64,000 bases of DNA from an uncultured virus (IMG/VR IMGVR_UViG_3300021963_000092) (lineage: Duplodnaviria > Heunggongvirae > Uroviricota > Caudoviricetes), in the IMG/VR virus record IMGVR_UViG_3300021963_000092, positions 1 to 64,000 of that record; one strand, 5' to 3'. Position numbers and translations under genes: made by a program. How positions within the stretch are numbered: the stretch's first letter is position 1; each line of letters opens with the position of its first letter. Below, one piece after another: positions 1-8,163 of the stretch. Below the pieces are notes generated by a model that worked only from the letters and a program-made list of their open reading frames with translations, made no database searches and was not told the origin of the DNA.

Positions 1-35
1 TCGCTAAAATGCGTCGTAACTAAAGTGAGGATATT

Positions 36-296
36 ATGAGCCTTCCACAAGACCCTAAAGTAAGATCGGAAATTAAAAAGCAACTAGATGAAATCTCTAA
101 TGCTATGACTCGTATTGATGCAGAGCGAGACTATATTAGAGAAGCAATTAAAGAGACATGCGAACAACACCAGCTGTCAAAAAAGACTTTCCGGCGAATG
201 GCTAAAACTCATCATAAGCGTAACTTTTCTATTGAGGTTGCCGATCATGAAGAGTTTGAGTCGATGTATCAAGAACTGGTGGGTGTTATATCGTGA
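36..296 (+). CDS. T4 DsbA-like double-stranded DNA-binding protein
   Basis: 86 aa helical protein (LDEISNAMTRIDAERDYIREAI...FRRMAKTHHK) resembling phage DsbA; GAGG RBS upstream. Confidence 0.65.
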   Translation: MSLPQDPKVRSEIKKQLDEISNAMTRIDAERDYIREAIKETCEQHQLSKKTFRRMAKTHHKRNFSIEVADHEEFESMYQELVGVIS

Positions 297-484
297 TATT
301 TAATTTAGAGATTAATCTTCTAGATAAAGCAGGTCGTGTTCGGACCTCAATGAATGGTGGTCTGCACCGAACAGAAGAAGGGTTAGAACAAGCAAAGAAC
401 ACAGCCCTTTCATTATATAATAATGTTTCTTTTAATGTTTTTACGATTAAGGACCCTTTAGCAGGAATGTTTATTAAACGGTAG
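293..484 (+). CDS. hypothetical protein
   Basis: 63 aa ORF; GTGA start/stop overlap with upstream gene. Confidence 0.5.
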   Translation: MIFNLEINLLDKAGRVRTSMNGGLHRTEEGLEQAKNTALSLYNNVSFNVFTIKDPLAGMFIKR

Positions 485-506
485 CTATATATTGGGAGGG
501 ACCCCA

Positions 507-782
507 ATGACAGCTAAGATTTACTCTTTTCCTAATATAAAGAAACCGTACTCACCTTACGTTATTAGTATACCTTTGTATACTGACGCCGAAGTGGATG
601 CAGTAATTATTTGCGTAAACCTTTATATTGTAGATGATACACGTTATAATAGCTATACTGTTGAATCGCTAGATCCCGACACAATTTTGTTATGCTTAAA
701 AACCGCTGTAGATGACAATATACTTTCAACTAAAGTTAAGCGAATAATTAAAAAGATTATTAAGAACGTAATATACTCATGA
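507..782 (+). CDS. hypothetical protein
   Basis: ATG at 507 follows GGGAGG RBS; ATGA overlap with next gene. Confidence 0.55.
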   Translation: MTAKIYSFPNIKKPYSPYVISIPLYTDAEVDAVIICVNLYIVDDTRYNSYTVESLDPDTILLCLKTAVDDNILSTKVKRIIKKIIKNVIYS

Positions 783-1312
783 ATATATTTTTTCTCAGCA
801 ATGACCCCGCTGAGTGTGCAAAGCAACATGTTGATAAACATGTTGTAAAGATGATACTTGAGTACGGTCAGTTAATGTCTACTGCTCACCGAGTGCTTGA
901 CGGGGTATTCTACGAAGGTAAGACTGCCAAAGGCCGTAGAATAGCTAGATGGCTACTTCCTGACGAAAGAGAAAACACGATGTGGAAAGCTTCACATATT
1001 AAGCACCCGTCCGGGCTCTGGGTTCGTTCTTCGAAGCAGCATTATCAGTGGCTGTATAATCTCTGGTTAGAATTACTAGAAGAATATACTTTTCGATACG
1101 GTAAAATACATAAAGTGTCGGAAAAGAAAAACATATTTCTTTTCACACCTTTAAATATACCTGATAAAGGTTGGCTAAGTGATCCTACTCCTGCAATGCC
1201 GGATATTTATAAAAATAGTAACTCGATTATTAGTTATCGCAACTACTATATAGGTGATAAAAAACGCTTTGCGCGATGGAAGAACAGATCCACCCCAACC
1301 TGGTTTGTATAA
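779..1312 (+). CDS. pyrimidine-dimer DNA glycosylase (DenV-like) family protein
   Basis: MNIFFL...A..H.DKHVVKMILEYGQL, HIKHPS.LW, C-terminal YRNYY...K...A.W..R..P.W. Confidence 0.75.
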   Translation: MNIFFLSNDPAECAKQHVDKHVVKMILEYGQLMSTAHRVLDGVFYEGKTAKGRRIARWLLPDERENTMWKASHIKHPSGLWVRSSKQHYQWLYNLWLELLEEYTFRYGKIHKVSEKKNIFLFTPLNIPDKGWLSDPTPAMPDIYKNSNSIISYRNYYIGDKKRFARWKNRSTPTWFV

Positions 1313-1315
1313 ATA
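1308..1315 (+). promoter_or_regulatory. T4-type late promoter TATAAATA
   Basis: Exact consensus, 5 nt before the ATG at 1321. Confidence 0.65.
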
Positions 1316-1320
1316 ATATT

Positions 1321-1569
1321 ATGCCAACATACACGTTTCGCAATACTAAGACTGAAGAAGTTTTTGAAAAGTTTATGTCTATCAGTGATAAAGAAACTTT
1401 TTTAGAGAGCAATCCTGATCTAGTTAGTATTATAGGTAACGCTCCTGCAATAGGAGACTCTGTTCGTTTGGGTATCCGTAAACCCGACGCAGGATTTAAT
1501 GAAGTTCTATCTCGTATTCATTCTGCAAACTATAAAAGTAATCTAGCTGATAAACTATCTAGAAGATGA
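1321..1569 (+). CDS. FmdB-like small protein (zinc-ligand Cys absent)
   Basis: MPTYTFRNTKTEEVFE...RKPDAGFNEVLSRI pattern typical of T4-like phages; ATG 1321 preferred over ORF-track start 1276. Confidence 0.65.
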   Translation: MPTYTFRNTKTEEVFEKFMSISDKETFLESNPDLVSIIGNAPAIGDSVRLGIRKPDAGFNEVLSRIHSANYKSNLADKLSRR

Positions 1570-1593
1570 AATTAATCTTTTATTCACACAACT

Positions 1594-1631
1594 AAAGGGA
1601 CCTGGCTTTGCCAGCGTCCCTTTTTCTTTTT
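1594..1631 (+). terminator. intrinsic terminator-like hairpin
   Basis: AAAGGGAC-CTGGC/TTT/GCCAG-C-GTCCCTTT followed by T-rich tract. Confidence 0.7.
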
Positions 1632-1641
1632 AGAGGGTACC

Positions 1642-2394
1642 ATGGCTCGTAACAAACCTCAACTAACTTCCACTGAAGGTCCATTAAAGGTAGTAAACAA
1701 CACACTAAAAATAAGAATAGACGATTTAAAGACGGTACAGCCTCTAACAGAAAATCAAAAAAAGTTTTTTGACTTCTACCGCAATCAAGCCCCTCTTCTG
1801 CTGCTTCATGGTGTGGCAGGAACCGGTAAGACCTATATCGCCCTATACAAAGCTCTAGAAGAAGTACTAGATAGAGGCAATCCTTATAATCAAGTTGTAA
1901 TAGTTCGATCTGCAGTCCCCTCCCGAGAAATCGGTCACCTCCCTGGTGACGAGAAAGAAAAGACAGAAGTATACCAGCAACCGTATATTGAAATCTGTCG
2001 CGATTTATTCAATAGAAAAGATGCTTATCAACGTCTTACTGAACAAGGACATGTACAGTTTATAATTACCTCTTTTGTAAGAGGTATTACTCTCGACAAC
2101 TCTATCATTTTGGTAGATGAGTGTCAAAATATGACCGATATGGAGCTAAATAGCATTATTACTCGTGTCGGTGAAAACTCTAAGATACTGTTTTGCGGTG
2201 ACTTCAGACAGACTGATCTCTATAGAAAGAATGATATGTCTGGCTTAAAGAAGTTTATGATGATTGCAGATAACATGCCATCATTTAAGACAGTAGAGTT
2301 TGAAGTAGAAGATATTGTACGTTCAAGTCTAGTACGCGAGTATATCTTAGCAAGAATGAACTATGAGCAGGTTTATAACGATAGGATACAATAA
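1642..2394 (+). CDS. phoH: PhoH family ATPase
   Basis: GVAGTGKT Walker A, IGHLPG, RGITLD, VDECQN, ITRVG, GDFRQTDL, DIVRS motifs. Confidence 0.93.
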   Translation: MARNKPQLTSTEGPLKVVNNTLKIRIDDLKTVQPLTENQKKFFDFYRNQAPLLLLHGVAGTGKTYIALYKALEEVLDRGNPYNQVVIVRSAVPSREIGHLPGDEKEKTEVYQQPYIEICRDLFNRKDAYQRLTEQGHVQFIITSFVRGITLDNSIILVDECQNMTDMELNSIITRVGENSKILFCGDFRQTDLYRKNDMSGLKKFMMIADNMPSFKTVEFEVEDIVRSSLVREYILARMNYEQVYNDRIQ

Positions 2395-3008
2395 TGTCTT
2401 TAAAAAGTCTACAAGAAAGAATTGGTATTAAGCCAGACGGAAGTTTTGGACCGGGTACTATTAAAGCAGCAGTAACGGCTTTGAAGCTTACTAATATTCG
2501 TGCGGCTCATTTCTTTGCACAGACGGCTCATGAGTCGGGTAACTTTAAATCTTTTACTGAGAATTTAAATTACGGTGCTTCTGGTCTTCGTAGTATATTT
2601 GGCAAGTACTTTACAACCGAAGAGATGGCTAAACAATATGAACGTCAACCCGAGAAGATAGCTAATAAAGTATATGCTAATAGAATGGGTAATGGGGATG
2701 AAGCGTCGGGTGACGGGTGGAAGTATCGAGGGAGAGGAGCGCTTCAACTAACCGGTAAAGATAATTACAAAGCCTTCGCTGACTTTGTAAAAGACCCAGA
2801 AGTAATTAATGATCCTGATCTAGTATCTACTAAGTATTCTTTTGATAGCGCTCTTTATTTCTTTGAAAAGAATAAACTGTGGGCAATATGCGATAAAGGT
2901 ATTACTGATGCAGCTATTACAGAATTAACTAGAAAGATAAATGGTGGTACACACGGCTTACCAGATAGGATAGAAAAAACCAAAAAGTTTGCCGAAATGC
3001 TAAAATGA
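2394..3008 (+). CDS. GH19 (chitinase-like) endolysin with short N-terminal PG-binding segment
   Basis: LQERIGIKPDGSFGPGT; FFAQTAHES; YRGRGALQLTGKDNY; TRKINGGTHGL. Confidence 0.88.
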   Translation: MSLKSLQERIGIKPDGSFGPGTIKAAVTALKLTNIRAAHFFAQTAHESGNFKSFTENLNYGASGLRSIFGKYFTTEEMAKQYERQPEKIANKVYANRMGNGDEASGDGWKYRGRGALQLTGKDNYKAFADFVKDPEVINDPDLVSTKYSFDSALYFFEKNKLWAICDKGITDAAITELTRKINGGTHGLPDRIEKTKKFAEMLK

Positions 3009-3017
3009 TAATATAAT
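2989..3017 (+). promoter_or_regulatory. sigma70-like promoter
   Basis: TTGCCG-N17-TATAAT just before the exonuclease start. Confidence 0.5.
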
Positions 3018-3022
3018 ACGTT

Positions 3023-3700
3023 ATGTTTAATCATGTATCAATTGATCAAGAGCTACCTAAGCTCCAGCAAGTAAATGTAGACGGTACCAGGTATTACGTA
3101 ACACCAGAGGGGGCTAAGTACCCCTCTGTTACCACAGTCCTATCTCAATACAATATCAAACACATCATGGAGTGGCGTCAGCGAGTAGGAGAGGCTGAGG
3201 CAAACAAAATTTCTCGCACCGCGTCAAATAGAGGGACTCGTATTCACAAGCTATGTGAAGAGTATCTCAACAACACCGAACCTAATTATAAAGATCTGAT
3301 CGATAAAAACACATTTAATGTATTCAAACCAGTACTAAACCGCATTAACAATATCTACTGTCAAGAGCTTAGGATGTATTCTGACCATTTACGAGTAGCT
3401 GGTACTGTTGACTGTATCGGTGAGTTCGATGGTAAATTGTCTGTAATCGATTTTAAAACCTCGCGCAAGCTTAAAGATAAAGACCAAATAGATAACTACT
3501 TCATGCAAGCCTCAGCTTACGCTATTATGTTTGAAGAACGCTTCGGTATTCCGGTTTCTAAAACTGCAGTCTTAATTTCGGTAGACGATTCAGAGCCTCA
3601 AGTATTTACCGAGAAGAGAGACAAATACGTTGACCAACTTCTGTACTTTCGGGATCTTTACGAAAAAAACAATGGCACTAGACACAAAAAATCTTTATAA
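3023..3700 (+). CDS. PD-(D/E)XK exonuclease
   Basis: YPSVTTVL, RGTRIH, AGTVDCI, IDFKTS, QASAYA motifs. Confidence 0.85.
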   Translation: MFNHVSIDQELPKLQQVNVDGTRYYVTPEGAKYPSVTTVLSQYNIKHIMEWRQRVGEAEANKISRTASNRGTRIHKLCEEYLNNTEPNYKDLIDKNTFNVFKPVLNRINNIYCQELRMYSDHLRVAGTVDCIGEFDGKLSVIDFKTSRKLKDKDQIDNYFMQASAYAIMFEERFGIPVSKTAVLISVDDSEPQVFTEKRDKYVDQLLYFRDLYEKNNGTRHKKSL

Positions 3701-3727
3701 TGTCTTGTCGACATTGAAGAGGTCCTA

Positions 3728-3997
3728 ATGACAGAAGAACAAAGTAACACTAAACTAACCGATACGCTAGTAATTACAAAACGTTTTAGATCCCCTAACG
3801 AATTTGCAATCTATATTGATGAGATGGTTAACCGCTTACGAATAAGTTATATGGAAGCGATTGTAAAGTACTGCACAGATGTAGATATAGATATTGAATC
3901 AGTAAGCCCGTTGATTAATAGTAAGTTAAGAGATAAAATAAGACTTGAAGCAGAAGAATATAAACTCATTAAACCTATCGGGCGACTCCCAGTATGA
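3728..3997 (+). CDS. gp33: late transcription coactivator gp33
   Basis: SYMEAIVKYC...IDIE....LI...LRDKIRLEA; directly upstream of gp59 as in T4. Confidence 0.85.
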   Translation: MTEEQSNTKLTDTLVITKRFRSPNEFAIYIDEMVNRLRISYMEAIVKYCTDVDIDIESVSPLINSKLRDKIRLEAEEYKLIKPIGRLPV

Positions 3998-4617
3998 TTA
4001 TGGACGCATACGAAGTTTATAGATATTATCTCGCTCTAAGACTGCATTTTACTACAGATACTTACGATGCAGTTAAACAGCGAGGTAAGGTGAAAGCGTC
4101 TAAGCAAGCATTCTTGAAGCGTAAAGATCTTATTGCTATCAGGCGTGTGGCTGAGACGTATTCTGACAAAGAGGTAGTAAACTTTCTTGTCAGTAATTTT
4201 GTGAGTGGTGATAGATGGGGCGGGGTATTCGATACCGAAGCAAAAGATAGATACACCGAATGGAAAAAGCGTATCGAAGCTCTCACCTATACGTTTGAAA
4301 AAGAAGTTAGTAAGATACTTAACTTTTGCAGTAACAAAGGCATACAATTTAGAAAGATGTTTGAGAGTGTAAACAATCAACACCCCTTCATTGTAAAGCT
4401 TTATTTACGGAAAGATGTATCGATTGAAACCTTGGTAATTCTCGAATGTATTCTTAACTACAGTGAGTCATTGAATTTAAGCTTAGCTAATGACTTGATG
4501 TGGCCAGATATATCGAGACTGATTACAAAATATAAACCGTTCTTATCAGTAAACGTTAACAAGTACAGTACTATACTGTCTAAGCATATTAATCAACAAG
4601 GAAATGAAAACAGTTAA
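3994..4617 (+). CDS. gp59: helicase loader gp59
   Basis: YLALRLHF...YD; F.KRKD; VSIETLVIL; KYKPFL; gp33-gp59-gp32 synteny. Confidence 0.88.
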   Translation: MIMDAYEVYRYYLALRLHFTTDTYDAVKQRGKVKASKQAFLKRKDLIAIRRVAETYSDKEVVNFLVSNFVSGDRWGGVFDTEAKDRYTEWKKRIEALTYTFEKEVSKILNFCSNKGIQFRKMFESVNNQHPFIVKLYLRKDVSIETLVILECILNYSESLNLSLANDLMWPDISRLITKYKPFLSVNVNKYSTILSKHINQQGNENS

Positions 4618-4783
4618 AGATAGTTGGGATAACAAGGACAAGAAAATTCACAGGGTAGTGAAGGGAAGTAAAACTGGCAAATATAAAAAAAGCCTATATA
4701 ATATGTTATCGGATTATGAGCGATATCGCAAATCATCCGATGACGAAAGTGACGTAGTAGCTCGTAATGAAATACAACGTTAA
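4604..4783 (+). CDS. small hypothetical protein (59 aa, not in ORF track)
   Basis: Translated by hand: MKTVKDSWDNKDKKIHRVVKG...NEIQR*; AAGGA upstream; fills the gp59-gp32 gap. Confidence 0.45.
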   Translation: MKTVKDSWDNKDKKIHRVVKGSKTGKYKKSLYNMLSDYERYRKSSDDESDVVARNEIQR

Positions 4784-4828
4784 TACTTCGCATACACTAA
4801 CATACAACGCAAATACGGAGCAATAAAA

Positions 4829-5731
4829 ATGGCTATTGATTTTTCCTCTCTTAAAAAAGGTCGTGGTTCCCTCGACTCCATTCTCAAAGAAGTAGAAAAG
4901 ATTGCGCAACCTGCTGAAGCAGCAAAGAGCGATGATCGTTTCTGGTCTCTTGAAGTAGATAAAGCTGGTAACGGATACGCTGTTATTCGATTCCTTCCTC
5001 CTCCTAAAGGTGAAGATCTTCCCTGGGTACGAATCTGGAATCATGGCTTTCAAGGTCCTACTGGTAAGTGGTATATCGAAAACTCGCTTACTACTCTTAA
5101 TAAGCCTGACCCGGTATCTGAGCTTAATACGCAGCTCTGGAACACGGGTAATGAAGCAGATAAAGAGATCGCGCGTAAGCAGAAACGCCGTCTGACTTAT
5201 ATCTCTAATATCTATGTTGTTAAAGATCCAGCGCATCCTGAGAATGAAGGTAAAGTATTTCTCTTTAAGTTCGGTAAGAAGATCTTTGATAAGATTAAAG
5301 ATCTTATGCAGCCGCAGTTTGAAGATGAGACCCCTGTTAACCCGTTTGACTTCTGGGCTGGGGCAAACTTTAAACTGAAAGCACGTAACGTTGAGGGGTA
5401 TCGTAACTACGATAAGTCGGAGTTCGAAACTTCATCAGCGCTAGCAGAAGATAATAAGATGGAAAGCATCTGGAACAACCAGCATTCGTTGAGTGAGTTT
5501 TTGGATCCTAAAAACTTCAAGACCTATGATGAGCTTAAGAAGAAGCTTGAACAGGTTCTTACTGCGACTAGTCAGCCGGCTAAGTCCGCTGTTGATGTTT
5601 CACTGGATGATAATGATACAATCCCGTTTGATAAACCTACTGTTAAAGTATCTAAACCTAAGGCAAATATTGACATTGATGACGATGATTCGTCATTAAG
5701 TTATTTTGCTAAATTAGCAAACGATGATTGA
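4829..5731 (+). CDS. gp32: single-stranded DNA-binding protein gp32
   Basis: DDRFW, GNGYAVIRFLP, WYIENSLTT, FKFGKKIFDKI, NPFDFW, NYDKSEF, acidic tail SYFAKLA. Confidence 0.97.
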   Translation: MAIDFSSLKKGRGSLDSILKEVEKIAQPAEAAKSDDRFWSLEVDKAGNGYAVIRFLPPPKGEDLPWVRIWNHGFQGPTGKWYIENSLTTLNKPDPVSELNTQLWNTGNEADKEIARKQKRRLTYISNIYVVKDPAHPENEGKVFLFKFGKKIFDKIKDLMQPQFEDETPVNPFDFWAGANFKLKARNVEGYRNYDKSEFETSSALAEDNKMESIWNNQHSLSEFLDPKNFKTYDELKKKLEQVLTATSQPAKSAVDVSLDDNDTIPFDKPTVKVSKPKANIDIDDDDSSLSYFAKLANDD

Positions 5732-5734
5732 TAA

Positions 5735-5761
5735 GAACGGGGCCTAGAGCCCCGTTTTTTA
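5735..5761. terminator. intrinsic terminator between convergent genes
   Basis: AACGGGGC-CTAGA-GCCCCGTT plus T run on +; TTCTT on the - side. Confidence 0.85.
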
Positions 5762-7240
5762 TAGGATACCGACAAGAGGTGAGATATTGTTTCTAGGGGT
5801 CGAGGATGACCCACCGCTATAAGAACTGTTATTTACATTAGTGTTATTATTAATCACTGGCATATTAATCTGATTAATACTAGACGTCTTATTCGCGAGA
5901 TTGTAATTATTATTTTGATCCATCTGTTCTAGTAGCTGATTGGAGGTAGTTTCAGGAGCAGCTCGAATTACCTGCCCTGAATAAACCCTTTGACCTGGTA
6001 CACCATATACCACGCCCGGCTCTGCACTGTTCTCTATACCCGATGTCGGTGGAGTACTCGGGAGAGGGGTCATAGCTGAACTATCTGAAGGACCCCCAAT
6101 TTTAAAATCAAGCCAGGAGGGTAGTCCTATTTTTTCTTTGGGTGTATACGTACTTAAATCTGTATTTAAGAATTCTTGCGGTATGCCTTGAAGAGAGGTT
6201 TCGATAAATTTATCAAACTCCTCTTGCTGTACAGGGTCCTGCATTTCAGGTCTTTTCTTATATTCTTGAGCTTCATATCTAATTTGATTAACACGATTCT
6301 GAATCTCAGCCCGGTCATCAGGCAATAAATTATTAAGATTATTCGGAATATCACCCTTTATATCCTGTATTGCATTATTAAAATAACCGTAACTTTGAAT
6401 GCGAGCTTGATCTACAGCAGCTTGATCTCGGGCTTCTGCGCCTCCTCTAAAAAAATCTGCAATACCACCAAATACTTCTCTAAAAAAATCTAAAACATCT
6501 GTAGCCCATCCTTTAATAACATCATATGCCTTTCCTAACTTCTCGAATGCTGATTTTACTAATTCAGAATCTAGAAAACTTCCTAAAATCCCACCCAGTA
6601 CACCAAATAAACTTGAATCAGTATTTTCTTTCTTTTTACTTTGTTTTTTATCTTCATCTTCTCTACTAATATCTGCTTCGGTATTATCTAAAGAACCATT
6701 CAGTATACCGGTAAGAAGCTGATTACTTGTTTCAATTAATCCTACTAACTTAGTAATACCTTCTGCTTGCTCTTCATCAGCAGAAACTACATTATCTGCT
6801 TCCGGGTTAGCAGCAGCATTAGGGTTTGCAGTGAGTATTGCGTTTCTACTATCAAAAAGCTCTTTAATATTATTAAATATATCTAAAGTGGATCTATACC
6901 AGTCCTCAATAACGTTAAGTGCGTCTACTGCCCATTCTTGTACAACATCATATACATTTCCTAACTTCTCGAATGCTGTTCTTATTAGTTCAGAATCAAG
7001 AAAACTAGTAAGTAAATTAGATATATTTTGTTCATCTAAATTTTCTTTTTCCAATATACCGTCAGTAATAGATTGTACGTTTAAAGAAATATTTTCTAAA
7101 CTAGCGTTCTGTGATATAAAAGAATCCGCTATCTCTCTGAGAATAACAGTGCTATCGAAGCCATCTCCCAGCGAATGATCGGAGGGGTCTTCAGAATTCT
7201 GTTGTTTGAAGTCGTCGATAATATCTTGTAAAGTTTCCAT
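5759..7240 (-). CDS. putative tape-measure / baseplate hub protein (gp29-like position)
   Basis: Helical, low-complexity 493 aa with internal repeat and N/S-rich tail; downstream of gp26-gp51; assigned by synteny only. Confidence 0.5.
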   Translation of the reverse strand: METLQDIIDDFKQQNSEDPSDHSLGDGFDSTVILREIADSFISQNASLENISLNVQSITDGILEKENLDEQNISNLLTSFLDSELIRTAFEKLGNVYDVVQEWAVDALNVIEDWYRSTLDIFNNIKELFDSRNAILTANPNAAANPEADNVVSADEEQAEGITKLVGLIETSNQLLTGILNGSLDNTEADISREDEDKKQSKKKENTDSSLFGVLGGILGSFLDSELVKSAFEKLGKAYDVIKGWATDVLDFFREVFGGIADFFRGGAEARDQAAVDQARIQSYGYFNNAIQDIKGDIPNNLNNLLPDDRAEIQNRVNQIRYEAQEYKKRPEMQDPVQQEEFDKFIETSLQGIPQEFLNTDLSTYTPKEKIGLPSWLDFKIGGPSDSSAMTPLPSTPPTSGIENSAEPGVVYGVPGQRVYSGQVIRAAPETTSNQLLEQMDQNNNYNLANKTSSINQINMPVINNNTNVNNSSYSGGSSSTPRNNISPLVGIL

Positions 7241-7413
7241 TAGCTATTCTTTAGGTTTTGATTTAGGGCCTTAATCTTTTCGTTTTCTTTTTTTATAAAG
7301 TCGGTTAGCATAGCTACGTAAATTTCCCTTTCCCACGGTATCATATCTTCTAGTTCTGTTAATGAATATTTGTGATGCTGCATTAACGAAAAATTCAACA
7401 CGTAATAATTCAT
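7240..7413 (-). CDS. gp51: baseplate hub assembly catalyst gp51-like (57 aa, not in ORF track)
   Basis: Translated by hand: MNYYVLNFSLMQHHKYSLTELEDMIPWEREIYVAML...; TAATG overlap with next gene. Confidence 0.85.
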   Translation of the reverse strand: MNYYVLNFSLMQHHKYSLTELEDMIPWEREIYVAMLTDFIKKENEKIKALNQNLKNS

Positions 7414-7433
7414 TAAATTACTATGAGAAAGGC

Positions 7434-8144
7434 TTAGACGAAAAAATTTCCAATACCTTCTATTTTTTTATTAATTGGCTTATTACAAACTCCGCATTGT
7501 ACATGTATTTCTTGCACTACCCTAGGTGATGATTTAAAAAATAATTCGAGTTTTTTAAATTGATTTTGATTTAAAGAAAGAACAAATTCTTCTTTTTCTT
7601 TCTTAGTAATATCTTCTCCACCCCAGTACGAGGATCCATCTTTCTTGTATATGCCTTTTATATTGTTACAAATAAGATTTATAATACCATCTACAACCTT
7701 AGTTTTTTTATTACCATATACGTTAAAAACATCTTCAATTTTTGGGTACATCATTTCTATACCGTAATCATTATTAAGATCTATCATATTCGTATGTTCT
7801 GGGTCTTTTACAATCTTAACATCATCGATGTTGTATTTTGTTGGTATCTTATTACCACAATCGCAAGTTACCTGTACCTCTACTATCTCACCGATTGATC
7901 TTGATCTAAGCATTAGAAAAATATACTCTATATCAAAATGAGTTAGATCTTTTGTATTCAGTTTATTAAAAGTACATGTAGAAATAACTTCTTTAATAAT
8001 TCTCGAAATCTCGTCGTTGCTAGCTTCAATCATTGTTAAAAGAACTTTATATTCTTTAACAAGAAAAGGTCTGTATTTAATTGTTTCGTTTGTGGATGGT
8101 ATATTCAACTCATAGACGGGAGTCTGAAGTACTGGTAATGACAT
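7434..8144 (-). CDS. gp26: baseplate hub assembly protein gp26
   Basis: MSLP...P.YEL.IPS...IKYRPFLVKE; FDIEYIFL.LRSRSIGE; Cys pairs; ends NFFV. Confidence 0.9.
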   Translation of the reverse strand: MSLPVLQTPVYELNIPSTNETIKYRPFLVKEYKVLLTMIEASNDEISRIIKEVISTCTFNKLNTKDLTHFDIEYIFLMLRSRSIGEIVEVQVTCDCGNKIPTKYNIDDVKIVKDPEHTNMIDLNNDYGIEMMYPKIEDVFNVYGNKKTKVVDGIINLICNNIKGIYKKDGSSYWGGEDITKKEKEEFVLSLNQNQFKKLELFFKSSPRVVQEIHVQCGVCNKPINKKIEGIGNFFV

Positions 8145-8163
8145 ATGTTATTTTCTCAATATA

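Noticed and set aside
3023..3700. Cas4 / CRISPR adaptation gene
   Set aside because: Lacks a four-Cys Fe-S motif and has no cas context; fits the common T4-like exonuclease
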